Shown: one piece after another, positions 25,551 through 38,678 of the stretch
Layout: each line of letters opens with the position of its first letter
How positions within the stretch are numbered: the first letter of the stretch is position 1
Assembly (NCBI GenBank): GCA_036172245.1
Contig: JAYWIR010000052.1
Span: 496,001 to 560,000, forward strand
Source of the DNA: Raillietiella orientalis
Taxonomy: Eukaryota
DNA: 64,000 nt
Direction: 5' to 3'
Program-made: the position numbers and the translations under genes
The notes under the pieces: generated by a model
Told to the model about the DNA's origin: nothing
Seen by the model: the letters and a program-made list of their open reading frames with translations, nothing else
Databases searched by the model: none

Positions 25551-28500
25551 GGGAAAACGAAACCGTCGGCTCCTTGAGGATTCGTCGCGTCCCTTCCTCA
25601 CTTTACGCGGCGCGGGGGCCGAAGGTGCCAAGACTGGGGTCGCTAAAAATTGGGGGAGGAACGGGGGAAGACAAACACGCAAGCACGCTCGCACGCGATT
25701 TTTATCTTTGTTGTTTTTGCATTTTTTCTATCTGACGCCGCACGCTGCCTGGCGCCGGATCTCGACTCGCCATGGCCCTTTGCAGGGACCCCCAGACGTT
25801 CTGTCTCATCGGTGGGGTCAATTCCGGAGGATGGGGAGAGGAGGCCAAGAAGAGACGAGCGCGGGGAGTTGGTCCCGCGGTCGAGATGCGCTTCTGGAAC
25901 CGCTTCTTTGAGTCTCCGCTCGGAAGGCGCGCCCCCGAGAGCGCCCACTGCCTCTCGGGAGGTCACCCGTCGACCTTCTCCTTGCGCGGCTTCCCAGAAG
26001 CAGAGACGTCCTCGCCGCTTCTCGCTTGTTCCGCCGGGCGACCTCTGCGGTCACCCGTCTTTCCCTGCCTCTACCTGCCGCCTTCCTCCGCCTCGAAGGC
26101 GCGCGCGCCACCGCAGAATGACCCGAACGACCCACGGGCTGCCGTGCCCGGTGGCACTGCAGCGTCCGGAGCCGACCTACCACCTCCTTTCTCCTCATGT
26201 GCATCTCGAGGTTTCGACAGAGGGCAAAGGGCGCAGAGTGGCGCGAAACGTCGCCTTTCCTTGGCAACGGCCGGACGCGGTCGCTCCGCCTCTTTGCACA
26301 GCCATCGGAGGGAGGTGTGCGCGGTGCCACCGCTCTGAGCCGGTCGTAGGGAGTTTCCTCGCACCTGGTCTGCGAGTGACCCCCAATGACAGTGGGACTG
26401 AGTCCTGCGCCGTGCCTCTGGCGAGGTGTCGTAAGACGGGTGGTGCCTCAACAGCCCGTCGAATGCGCACCGAGAAAGAGGGAGGAGTCGAGGGAGATGG
26501 GGGGTGAGGGAGTGCGCGCCCTCGATCTCTCCGAAACCCCACAGGCGAAACCTATTGCCGCCCCCTCCGACGTCTACCGGGCCTCCGGGCGACGCGCGCG
26601 ATCCGCAAGAAGGGATCCGAGCGGACGAGTCGTCCGAATGGGTTGGGCGCGGAGCGGCGACGCCGCAACCTCTCCTCCGCGGTCCCGCAGGCGGGTCGGT
26701 GGCAGGGAGGTCCTACCCGGAAGGAGGCCCCGGCGCCTCTCGGAAGGGCAGGCGGAGACGGGCCGGCCGGCTTCCGGACGAGGCGACGCCGACCCCTAGG
26801 GAGAGAGGACGCGGGACGCGGTGGGTGCGAGCTGCGGGCGCTGCTGGCGGGAAAAATTCGCGACGGAGGAGCGCTAAAAATAAAAGGATTCGCGCGAGAT
26901 ATCAACTCTTTCGTTCCTTAATGAATCGGGAGCGCGCTTCCGTTCCCGTTTGTGTGAGAGTGAATGAACTTGCGATCCCCATTTCGTCTCCGCGCGATGA
27001 GAAAGCAGCGGAATGCCTAGCGAGCTTCCCCTCCCCCCCCCCCCCTATTTTTCATTTTTTAATTATTTATTTATTCATTTTTTTTTTTTGGGGGGGGGGG
27101 GGGTTCTTGCCAGCGAGCCGCTCGAGGAAGCGGCGGGGACTCTTCGAAAACCAGGATGGTTCTCTTCTCTCCGTCACACGGCGCTGCCAGGCTGCTTGCG
27201 CGCGGAAAGATGGCGCTCGCGCGCCGCGGAGCGTCTCCCCTGCCCGGCACGCCTCGGAGGACGCCATGTTTGCTTATTTGCCCGTTGGATAAACTTCCCG
27301 CAGATGGAAACGCATTACGTCTGAATGGAGTTCATTTAAACAAACAATAAAAGGTCCGCTCGGCGAGGTGTTTCTCATTGTAACGATGCCACGCTGGAGG
27401 CATGACCCGAGCTCATCAATATGCAGCGCGTGTAAATAAACAGCACCGCGCCGGAATTACGAACGCGGGCAGGCGGCGGCGCGCGCGCGCGGTACAACTC
27501 GCGACGCCCTCCGAGTGAGGCGCCACTGGCCGATGATGCACTCTCCTTCCCTCCCCCCCCCCCTTCTCCCCTCCTCCTCCCTCCTCCCACACGCTATCGA
27601 TCGACAGCCCGCAGGGAATCGCTACGGTGGCTCCCCGATGCCCTCTCGGCTGCCCTGAGGCCCTGCCCACGTCTCCCGACGCTGCCCCACCTGGGCGCTG
27701 GCGGCCGCTTCGCTGCCCCTCCCTCGTTTCCAGGAGCAAACCTGGCACTCGGGTGGTCGCCCGCAGGAGTCTTGGGGGCGAGGGGTTGACGCCGTCCCCC
27801 GGACTGCTCTCACGAAGGGGTACACCTGGGGGTGGAGTTCCCGAAGTTTCCCGCGAGGCCGGAAGGGAGAAGGACGGTGAGGAGGAGTCCTCCTCGCCCG
27901 CTTCAGGGGAGGCGCCGAAACTTGGCGCTGCCCCCGGGAGCAGAGCGGGGGCCAGCCCGGGGGAAGCGAAAAATTGCCGAGCGCGGGACCCATGGGAGGA
28001 AGCGACCACCCCCCTCCCTCCATCCCTTCGCTGCCTGGAGGAACGGGGCGCTGGCAGGTCACGTCCCAGCATCACCGAGGGGCACCAGCGGACGAGGGGG
28101 TAGGGGACCACCGGGGTCATCCAAACCCCTCTCGCCCGAAGCCCCTGGGGCTCCTTCTCGAGAGGCCCCTTCGAAGTCCTCGGGAAGCTCCTCGGGCCAC
28201 TTGGGGGACACCGGAGGCGACCACGGAGGAAGAGGAGGAAGGGCCGAGACACGCCGAGAGGCATGTCTCGGCGGAGTCAGTCACCCCCCTCCCCATTCAC
28301 GGGGGTGGGGGAGGAGGGGGGAAGAGGTCCCTCCAGGAGGCGGACCGTCTCCTCTAGAACGGAGAGCCCCGGTAAGGCGTCCTCGTCCCTTCTCCTCCCC
28401 CCCTCAACGATTCCTCGATCGCCTCGGGGCATTCATCGATTACGGGCACAACCGAGGGGAAGGACCCGTTGCTGTCGGTCTTTCCTGACCCACTCACTCC

Positions 28501-29888
28501 GCGGGAACCCCCGCATAGCCCAGCGGTCCTCGGAAACGCGGAAGGCAACTCGTGGGGCGATCCAAGTAGGCCATCCGGAGCGTGCCCTCGTGGGGACGAA
28601 CGGATGGGTAGGGGACGGTTTCGACACGCGCGCCCCTCCCCTCCCTCTTGAGGCACGTCGGTGAAGAAGGGCGCTCTCAGAGAAAGAGAGGGGGACCGCG
28701 CCCACGGGCTTTCGCTCCCCTGTCCAGGGGCGACGCGAGAAGGGCGTGACGCTTCTCGGAGGAGCCGCCAGCCACCGCCCCCCAGGGATCCGGGAAGTTT
28801 TGGGAGCAGACCTTCGGCTGGACCACCGCCGCTCCCCCCCTTCCCCTGCGAAGCTCCGCGTCTTCGCCCCGCCCACCTCCGCCCCTTTCGAACCTGGAGG
28901 GAGAGAAGGGACCGGGAAAGAGCGGAATTGCTGCTCCGAGGATGCCCCCGGCGAGCATGGGAGGGGTAACCTCCCTTCGCGAGGTCTTTCGGGAAGGGGT
29001 CTGCCCTCTCCCGGAAGGCGGCGGACGAAGGGGGCGGCGGCTATCATCCCGCTCGGCTGCCGCCGCCGCCGCCGCCTCTCGGCGACCCCCTCCTTCCTCG
29101 CCTCGCGGTCCCCTAGGAGCTCCGCGGGCCTCCAGCCGGTCTGCGGAGCGCCCGCCCACGCTCGGGTGGGCCCCAGGAGGGAGGAATGCGCGCCTCTGCC
29201 TGTTCCGGGACGGCGCCGCGTCCCGAAATAACCTCGGCGACCTCCGGCGGCAGGGACCGCCGCCGCCGCCGCCTCTCCTCCCCGACCCCGCCCCTCCCCC
29301 TCCTCTACTCTGCTCTGATTTGTCGGTCGGCTGCCTCGGGAGGCCCTGACCCGGGGAAGAGTGGGCGGGGTGGCGGCAGAGGCGTCCCGGAAGAGCACCC
29401 TCCTGCAGCCGCCACAGCCGCATATAGTGCGGATCGCCCGGGCTGCTGCCGGCAGCATCTCCCGCCGTGAACCACCCGCCCGCTGGACAGTGTGGCACGT
29501 GAGTGAGTGGCACCCTTCGCCGGCGGCGGCGCCGATCCCGCGAAGACCAGGGGAAGGCTCTGATGCCCCCTCCTCCTTCTCCTCCCCCCTGGACGGCCGG
29601 CAGGCATCTCCCGGGTCGCCCGGAGGAGTGCCGTTCGGCGGCTTCGGGGAAGGGGGAGTCATCAGGGAGGGACAGGGGGTAACACCGACGCGCGTGCGCG
29701 TTGCCCCCGTGCCCTGTTTCCGACTTCCTTCCGGTCCCGGGCAAGAGTGCGTTGCTGAGGAAGCTGCGTTTCCTCCTCCTCCATCGCCGCCGCCGTCTCC
29801 CCCTGGCGCTGCTGCCGTTCCTCCCCTGCGCCGTGCCCCAGGGCGACGACCACGAGACGAAATAAGGCGTCTTCCTCTCTGCTTGCAG

Positions 29889-31443
29889 ATGAGTAACACG
29901 AAATTCTATCCAAGGTTTAACGGCTTGCAGCTGCGGGACACGAGGGACGTCCTGGACCAGTTTTCTCCCAGGTTCCTGTGGGAGGGACGCGGGAAGGTCC
30001 TGGACGTGGGCTGCGGCACCGGAGAGGTCACCACCAGCCTGCTGTTGCCCCTGCTGCCCCAGTAAGCCTCCGGGGCCACCTGCTTGGCCCACGCAGAAGG
30101 GAGGGGAAGGGTCGGACGAACGGGGAGGGAGGCGGGCAAGACGAGGAAGGAGAAGGAAGGGGGGTGGAGGGCGCCTCCCTGCTCCGTCCTCCTCCCTGTG
30201 CCATCCCCAGGAGCTACGAGCTTCACGCGGTGGACCAGTCCTCGGAGATGATCCGCCACTGCCAGGAGAAGTACGGCAGCAGCCAGCAGGTCAAGTTCTA
30301 CGTGCGCAACATCGCCGACGAGGACGTGGCCGACAGCCCGGGGCAGTACGCCAAGGTCTTCTCCTTCTTCTGCCTGCACTGGGTGAAGAACTTGCCGTAA
30401 GTCTTCCTTTCCTCCCTCCCTTCCTCTTCCTCTTTCCTTCTTCTTCGTGTTGCTCCTCCTCCTCCCTTCTGCCTTCCATCTTCTCCTGTTCCCCCCCCCC
30501 CTCCACTCCCCTGCCCGCAGGTGCCACTTTCGCTCTTCGTAGTGGGCGGAAGAGGGGGAAACGGGGGAGGGTCTTCCCGTTCCCACCTCCCACCACCTTG
30601 CCCTCACCACTGCTCGCTTCTTCGGTCCGTGGACTCGGGGAAGAGCGTCGACCGAGCCTGCCGAAGAGGCAGCCGCGATATTTTCCTCCTCTCGCCGCCC
30701 ACCTCCTCGCATCTTCCTCGCATCGCGCCCTTTTCCGGCCGCCCTTCCCCTTCCAGGCAGGCCCTGGCCAACATCTCGCGGCTGCTCTCCCGGAACGGCG
30801 AGTGCCTGCTCGCCTTCCTGTCCTCCTGCCCCCTCTACGACGCCTACCGCGCCCTGGCCACCCGACCTAAGTGGAGGAGCCACATGCAGGTACAACGCCC
30901 TCACCCCCCCCTCCTCGAGGACTGCACGCGTCCCTCCCTCCTCTCTTTGAGGACGTGGACGAGTTCGTCCCCTTCTACCAGGACGTCGAGTCCAGCGACG
31001 ACCACCTTCTCGGCCTGCTGCGGCTCTACAACCTCTCCCCCGAGTTCTGCCGCTCCCTGCCCAGGAAGTTCGTCTTCCCCAGCATCGAATACGCCAAAAG
31101 TAGGTCCGAGGGAGTAGGGAGGGACGGAGGGAGAAGGACAAGGGAGCGGAGGATGAGAAGATCCTCCTCCCCCGCGGCCTCTCCTCCCTTGCACCGCGGC
31201 GCCTTCGACTCCGCCGAGGCACGGGCGGCGGCTCCGCCCTGCCTTGACCCCCTCCCCCCTCCCGCAGATGCCGTCCGAGTGGTGGACCCGTTCGTCTCCC
31301 GCATCCCAGAGCAGCAGCGCGAGGAGTACCTCGGCGAGTGTCTCCTGGAGCTGAAGCGGCTGGGAGCCCAGGGCGACAACGGCCAGATGGTCGCCGACTA
31401 TTGCCTCATGGTGGCCTACGCCAAGAAGCTGACCGAAGACTGA
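29889..31443 (+). CDS. jhamt: Juvenile hormone acid / farnesoic acid O-methyltransferase-like SAM-dependent methyltransferase, 271 aa, 5 exons
   Basis: Exons 29889-30061, 30211-30396, 30757-30889, 30952-31099, 31268-31443 total 816 nt with consistent phases (2,2,0,1) and GT-AG ends. Protein has N-terminal NGLQLRD (Gln14), SAM motif I VLDVGCGTG, AVDQSSEMI, VFSFFCLHWV, ALANISRLLSRNGECLL and C-terminal YCLMVAYAKK, as in arthropod JHAMTs. Confidence 0.9.
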
Positions 31444-31497
31444 AGCGGCTGACGGCCGCCGCCTCCCGGCAGGCGCTGCTGGAGAAGGCTCACAGAA

Positions 31498-31503
31498 ATT
31501 AAA
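31498..31503 (+). promoter_or_regulatory. Candidate polyadenylation signal (ATTAAA) for the JHAMT-like gene
   Basis: Only A/T-rich hexamer shortly (55 bp) after the stop, in GC-rich context. Confidence 0.55.
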
Positions 31504-34039
31504 AGAGCGCTGGACCTGGCGCCCTGCTGCCTCTTGTGGAGAGCGTGGGGGGGGGGGAGAGGGGAAGAGGAGGAAGGAAGGGGGGGGGGGCGTGCAGAAA
31601 AAGCGCCGAGGAGCGCACCCCCGACCACGAGGACGGCGGTGGCGACGCATAGGCCTCTTTCCGCTGCAGGAGTGCACCCCAAGGGTTTCCCCCCTGCCTG
31701 TCTGCCACCTTTCCCCACCCACCCCTTTTCAGGAGGCTTCCCCACTTGAGCATCCCCCCGGGCAAACACCGAGGAGTCCACCCCGCGGGTACTCTCCACC
31801 TCGTCTTTCGCCTGTTTGCTCCTCGTCTTCTGCAGAGAAGGCAGCACGGCCTCGGGACGCAAGCAGCCAAGCGAGTGCCGCCATCATTGCCCGCCCCCGG
31901 GGTGTGTGGGCGCGGGAAGGAAGATCGGAACGCACGGAAAGCAATTTTCTCCCCTCGGACCGGGCTCCCTTTCCCGCAAGATGGCGCAGGAATAACCAAC
32001 TTCCGGGTCCGCTCCAGCACCCCGCCTCCTCTCCCCTTCCTTCTGTCCACCGCGCCTTTGCCGGCTGCCGCCGCCCCGAGCTGCAGCTGCTCTGCCACCT
32101 CGCCGCCCTCTGTGGAGAGGGCGCCAAAGTGCGTGCGCCTCGGGCCACACCATTTTCCCAGGAGGAGCCCCGTCCGAGGTTCGAGACCGCTGCCACTCGA
32201 GTGCGACAGCCTCCAAGCGACCGACTGCAGCAGCCTCCCCTCCCCTTGCCTGGAGCCGGCCATTTCTCCCGCTTCACCTTCGTCCCGCGCCTCCCACTCT
32301 TCGGTGAGCGCGCGCGTGGAAGAGACGAAGGGTGGAAGGAGAGTCAGTCAGTTTCCAGCAGCCGCACCGCTCCCCAAGCAGCACGGAGACCTCGGCAAAA
32401 GACTCGCTTCCCTCTCCCGTCGTCCACCCTCCCTCCTGAGCACCGTCTCGCGGGCCTTCCCCCCACGAGACGGTGGCACCCTTCGATGGTCCGGATTCGG
32501 CGGCATCTCTCGACGCCACCTTCCTCTCCTTCCCCCCCGAGCTCGCGGGGGAGAGCGTCCAAGAGTTCCAAGAGCGGGATGGTGGAGTGTGCACCACTAC
32601 GTACCGCTCCTTGCGGGCCACCCGTACGGCGACCGCAAGCGAAGGGGAAGGAAGAGACAAAGGCAGGACAGGAGGGGGGATGGGGGTGAAAGAGGGATGG
32701 CATCGGAGTCGCGGCCGAGAATCACCGCGAGAGCCATCCACGCTCCACGCATGCGATTCGACTTTCGTCTGTCTTTTTTCCTTGTTCCTTGAAAAAAAAA
32801 AAAAAAAAAAAAGGAAGTGCCTTGGCGCTCAGAGACCGCATGTCGACTGCGCCACGCGCACGGTGGTGCCCGGTCGGCATGCAGGGAACACCGCGGATGC
32901 CCGCAAGCAAGGAGCGGGAACGCCCAGGGGAACAAAGGGCGTCGGAGGGCGCACCCGCCGCGTGCCCGAGCTATTCTTAGCGGCATTGTTGCAGGTGCGC
33001 GCGCGCTTCCCCCCCCCCCCCTCTCCTAAAAAGAGAGAGAAGCGCGCGCTCCGCGGGACAAAGGCGGCTCCGCACGCCCGGCTGGTGTTTGGGTGTTGTT
33101 TGGGGGTGAGTGAGGAATGGTGTCGACCAGAGAGAAGCGGTCAGCGAGTCTGTGGGAAGAGTCGCAGAGGAAAAGGGCCGGAGGAGAGCGTGCGGGAAGC
33201 GGTTCTCGGAGGGAACGGCGCGCGCAAAGGCCGAATTCCCAAAGCTTTGCGGGAGTCCTAAGCGTCGATCCCGCCATGTGGAAAGGCCTCCCCCCCCCCC
33301 CCCCAGTGCCTGAAACTGGAGATGCGGATCCGGCCGTCCCCTGACCTCCGGGTATTCTCGCAGCGCGGAAGACCCTCTCTTCGGCCCCAGTTCACTTGGC
33401 GCGCGGCCTCTACGCCGTGGAAACAGGTCGGTGGGGAAAAAAAATGCACCTCCAGCGGCCCGCGCTGCTCATAAATCGGAAAAGAGGGGCGGCGGCGGGG
33501 GTAAAGCCGGGGGGGGATCCGCTCTCCTCGGTTCCGGATCGAAACTGCGACGATCCGGAAAGGTGGCAACCGGCAAAGAGGGTGCGGTGAGCTCCCCCAT
33601 CCGATGCACGCGGAACGCGACGTCGCGGAGGCAGCCACGCGGGGGGGGGGGGGGGTCGCGCTGGACTCGAAAAGAGTGGCTCGGCCCGTGGCCAAAAAAG
33701 AGGCGGGGATCTGCCGGCTGCGTTTGGAGACGTCAGACCTCGCGACCCCACCCGGCGGCGAAGACCCGGCCGCGAGAAGGACGGAGGCGACTCGTCGCCA
33801 GCGGCCGCACCGGCTGCGGAGGCCTTCCCAGAAACGCGCGGGTGCGCTCCCGTTGCCGACCTGCGCGCCGGCGGCCCCACCCGGGACTCACGGCGCAGCC
33901 GGCCACGTGGCTCACCCCTCCGCCCCTTCATCCCTGCGTGCTCATCTTCGGAAGAGGCATCATTTTCGTCGTCGTCGTCTGGAAACAACCCCCAGGGTTT
34001 CCCTTTGGGGGATTCTGTATCCCGTACTTCCCTTCCAGT

Positions 34040-35570
34040 TTTTTTTTTTTTCTTTTTTTCAGGATTGCGATTTCTCGGTTCGCTAAGCACTCGAGAATCG
34101 CTCGTCCGAGGGTTCGCGGACTCTTTAACGCTGTCTGCATGAGGGCGCGTGTGACTCTTCAAGTTGGGAGGAACCTCTGGAGGGGACCACCCAGTAAATC
34201 CAGAAAGGGCTCCGGACGAAGGATTCCGTGTTCCTCTTACGTTTGGGAGGGAATCCCAAAGGGAATCCACTCGGATTTCCACCTGAACACGCCGGGGGCG
34301 TTCATTAAAATTTCAAACAAACTCGTAAATTGAGGCGAAACACCGACGACACTCAGTTTGTCCGTGGACCTGCAGGTGGGCAGGCCAGGGAGGGTCACCT
34401 CCACAGAGGAGGGGAGAGGGAAAATGAAAAGAAAAATAAAAGTTCATGGAATAAAGACACACACGCACGGAAAACTGGATGGCCGGGAAGGGAGGACTGT
34501 CCGCTGGAAGGCATCCTTTGCAGGATGCCGGCTAGGTCGGTCCTGATTTCACCCTGGTAGGGCCATCTTGCTGCCCTTCGCAGAAAGCGAAGTGCTTGTT
34601 CGATGGCGTTGGTCATCGCTGTTTTCACTGTGCTGCATTGTGTTGAGCGTGGCTGCAAGTGGGGTGTGCCGTGCTCAGGTGGCCTTCCTTGGGCAGGCCA
34701 TGGTCTCCTGCAGCGAGTTTCATTCGGGAATCACAGGCATAGCTGTGGCTCCGGGTTCGTGCCGTTTCTTTCCTCCCACGCCTGAACTGTTTCCTGTTTC
34801 CAGGCACTACAGTTGGTGGTGGTGGTGGGGGGGGGGGGCAGGAAATCCGTCTGTTCTGACCGGAGTTGACACCCACCTGCATCGAGGCAACTCTCAGTGT
34901 CCATGCACGGGGAACGTCTCTCTCGTTCGTTGCTGCTTCGACTTCGCTCCAGGCCGCCGCGATCCCACGGATGCAGCAAAAAGGTGCTCGTGCTGCGGCT
35001 GGCAACAGAGCATCCCTCACGAAGAGGAACTTAAAAACGTCCCTGGGGTTGCCGTCGGGGATCTGCAGGTCGTCCCAAAACGTGTGGTTCAGGAAATTCA
35101 GGAGGGACCCTCTCCAGAAGGACTCCCTAAAAAGGAATCTGCTCTTCGTTTCCTCCTCTGAAGAGAACCCCGAAGGAACCTTCCAATCTTCCAAATTTCT
35201 CTAAAGAAACGCTTCCCAAAGGGAGCAGCACGCTTATTGCACTCTGGGGGGTAGCATCAATCCACCAGCTCCATGGTACGAGACGAAGGGTCACCCCGAA
35301 GACGACTCCATTTTCACAACCGGAGGGCTCCTTAATTCCTGGAAGGACCCCGGAGGGTCAACTTCCAATTCCGGGCACTCAACAGAGGCATCTGGCTTCC
35401 AGTAGTGCCGTCCAACCGAATAAACAAACCAGCGCCATCCTACGGGGGAACTCCGAACCCACGACGCACCCCTCGTTCTCGGAAGTCGATCCCTCTCCGG
35501 GCGGGATTCGAACCCGCAACGCCTGGAGCCACGCCGGTGGAGGCTTCAGCCACAGTGACCGCCAACGCAG
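34040..35570 (-). mobile_element. tRNA-headed SINE-like element copy A, split by an L1/Tx1-like 3' fragment (34273-35090)
   Basis: B box GGGTTCGAATCCC at 35503-35515 (minus), A-box-like sequence upstream, body and tail alignable by eye to copies B, C and D, A-rich tail at about 34040-34060. Insert translates FWDDLQIPDGNPRDVFKFLFVRDALLPAA...AIEQALRFLRRAARWP. Confidence 0.7.
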
Positions 35571-36989
35571 GTGAGGGCCTGAACCTCCAGCCCATCCCCG
35601 CTCTGCGGATCCTTCTCGTTGAAAGGCGGGAGGGAAACGCGCACCAGCGGCATGCTACTGCTACGAAAGGACTTCCGTCGGGCGAGGCTGGCGACGCTTT
35701 CGCGTCCCAGCACTCTCTTATCCTTGCTTCCCGTATGGGGCACAGGAATGCTCTTCGGGTCACTCTGGTTTCTCCCGGTAGGCACGACAGAGCTGCCTCC
35801 TCCGTATGGAAGTGAGGGAAGCTGGAGGGGGGGAGGGGAAGCGGAAAGCTTTAGCTGCATTCGAATAGTGTCCGGTCCGTCGTCGCCTTCCATCCGGCCG
35901 CATCCAACTCCAAATGCTCCGGCGGGAAGGTCTGCTAAAGAGCGAAACGGCCGCCACGTTGTGGCGCGAAAAAAGCTGCAACCAAGCCGCATCGCTTCCT
36001 CGGGACCGTCGCTTGGCCGGTTCGCTCGCCATCTTCCCTGCGAGACCGGCCGCGGACGGAATCAGGGTGGGTCAAACCTACCGCAGCGTCTCGAGGTGGC
36101 CAAATCGGCGGTCCCGACTCCGGGGGATCCCGTCATCAGTATCACTTCCAGAGAGTTCACTTCTCCCTCCTCCGCAACTTGTTCTCCAAGAGCGAATCTG
36201 CCGGGTGCAGGGCACGCCACGAAATAGCAGCAACTGCTTCGGGGAGGGGGAGGAGAGGGGAGAATCCATCATCGGCTGGCAGTAAGCGCGGCACGGCATC
36301 TCTCCGAAGATGAACGCTGATGAAGACACCGAGCCGAGGAGAACGTGGAAAGTCGCGTCCGCTTCATCTGCTGCCATCACTCTGCGTGTGATTGATCACT
36401 CCTTAATGAATGGTGGGATCATTAAAGAAAAGCGCGACTGCCATTAGCAAATGAGATCGTACGCATACACGACCAATGAACAGACGGCAGAAGAAAAAAA
36501 AAAAGGTGTTCTGCTTGTACTTCGGGTGTTCACGAGGTGTTCGGTTGGTCCTTCAGGAGATGCTACCCGGATGCTACCTCGAATCAGGCTCCCCAAGTCC
36601 CCTGATCTTCTCCCGGTGTCCCACAGAGGCGTTTCGCATCTTCGTTACGAAGCCCGTGCGTCCGACGCCCACGTCGGCCAGCCCGCGCTCTTCCTTTTCT
36701 GGAAGGGGGGGGAGCGGGCGAGGTGCCCCGCGTTCTCCTCCTTGCCAGGCAAACCGCGCCGAGGACGGAGGAACCATCCAGTCCCCGCCTCAGCGTTTCT
36801 CTCCCTCCAAGTTTTGTCGGCCTTCCCCGGTGGCGGACCGTCCTTCGATCGGGGCAGGGGGAAGAAGCGAGCTGCTACTTTGATGGTCATCCGACCCCGG
36901 GCACACCTGATCTCGAGGCGAAGGATTGAATCCTGACTCGTTTTTCTCTGCTTCCTGAGTGCTTTCGGCTTTTTTTTTCCCGTTTTCGT

Positions 36990-38678
36990 TTGTTCTTTTT
37001 CCCTTTTTTGGTTCGGCGAGTGCTGAAGAACCGTCGCGCGCCTGGCGGCTCACGAAGCTCTTGAGCTCTTTGACACTGTCCGCGCCACCTGGAGGTGCAT
37101 TCGACTCTTCAAGTTAGGGAATACCCCAGGAGGGAACCGCCCCGCGAATCCAGGAAGCCTCCAGAGGAAGGAGTCTGTTCCTCTATGACCCTTGGGAGGG
37201 AACCACCTTTTCCTTGTTCTCTCTGGAGGGATCTCGGGGAGAAAGTCTCTCCTGATTTCTTTTCCGATTTCCACCGGGACACGCCGGAGAGGTTTATTAA
37301 AATTCCAAATAAACGCACCTGCTGTGGGAGGACACGTGGTCCTACCACACTCCGCTTGTCCACGGACCTGCCGGTCGCCGGTAGGCAGTCCGGCGACAGT
37401 CACTTGGGCAGCGGAGGGGGAGGGGAGAAAACAAAAAGAAAGAGTAAATAAAGACAAATAGAAATCTTTGGGAGGTCCGGGAAGGAATCGCCGCTCGCTG
37501 GAAGGAGCCCTCTGCATGCTATCTGGTATGCCGGCTAGGTCCGTCTGCACTGCACCCGCGTGGGACCTTCTGGCTGCCATCTTCAGGAAGCGGAAGTACA
37601 CATCCAATGGGGTCCCGCTCGTTCGATTCTCCATCAGCGTCGCTCCAGAACACCACGAACCCAGCAAAGGGCTGCTGGGGCTGCGGCCGACGGCAGGGAC
37701 CCTCTCGCACGAAGAGGACCTTGGAAACGCTCCTGGGGGTGCCAATCGGGGTCCTCAGGGTCGTCCTGAAACATCCCCACAGGGGCCAGAGGGCAACACG
37801 GCTCGCAAGCAGGGGAGACTCCCGTTCCTGCACCTGCGATGGTCTGGGCTCAACCCTCTCCCTGCCCGGGTCCAGTGGTGTCGGCATGGGCGTTACAGAG
37901 AATGTCCCTGTGCAGCAACAGCAGAAGTGTCACCCACGCCTACCACTTCGGGGCTCTGCTGTTCTTGAGCACCAGGGGCCCACTCCGAGTCTGCGCTACG
38001 AATGCCGATCAGCTCACTCCAGCGCTGTTATCCTTGCGGAAGGACACTCAGGATCGCAGCATCCACCCATCAGCCTCCGCCTGCCTGCGATCTCATAGGA
38101 GGCTTCCCATCTTTCGAGAGGTTGACTTCTGCCAAGCGCCTTCCTCAGGAAGGGAATCGTTGCGGCGAGGGGGGTCCCCTCTAAGAGGGGGCCGCTCCTC
38201 ATTTCTTCTCCGAAGGGAACCCGGAAAGGATCCCATCCCCGTTTGCTCCTCTGGAGGGAACCCCGAAGAGTCGCTTCCCGATTTCTCTGAAGGATACTTC
38301 CTCAAGGGAGCAGCGCGCTTCACGCTCTGGAGAGGTATCAACCGCAGCTCCATGGTACGAAGTGGAGGGGTTCCCTCTCCTCGAGGGGGTTGGGGGGTAA
38401 ACGGATCCATTTTTACAGCCGGAGGGAATCCTGAAATCACCTTTCGGAGTTCCTGGAAGGACTCCGGAGGGTCGACTCCCAATCCCGGTCAGTCAACGAA
38501 GGCATCCGGTTTTATCCGCTACCAGCGCCGCATTCGAACCAGAGTCATCTTGTGGAGGGAACATGAAACCCACGACGCACCCCCGGTTCTCGGGGCTTCC
38601 CCCTGTGGGATTCGAACCCGCAACGCTGGATGCCACTCGCGGAGGGAGAGACTGCAGCCGCGCGGCCGCCAATGCGGG
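36990..38678 (-). mobile_element. SINE-like copy B, split by an L1/Tx1-like 3' fragment (about 37265-38150)
   Basis: B box 38607-38619 (minus), A-box-like GGCGGCCGCGCGG; gactcttcaagtt tail block shared with copy A; insert translates RVALWPLWGCFRTTLRTPIGTPRSVSKVLFVRE. Confidence 0.7.

Noticed and set aside
3293..29899. Dozens of 200-490 aa ORFs on both strands (e.g. 3952-5310, 5752-7059, 28433-29899)
   Set aside because: R/G/P/S-rich, overlapping in all frames, no domain motifs; expected from stop-codon scarcity at very high GC.
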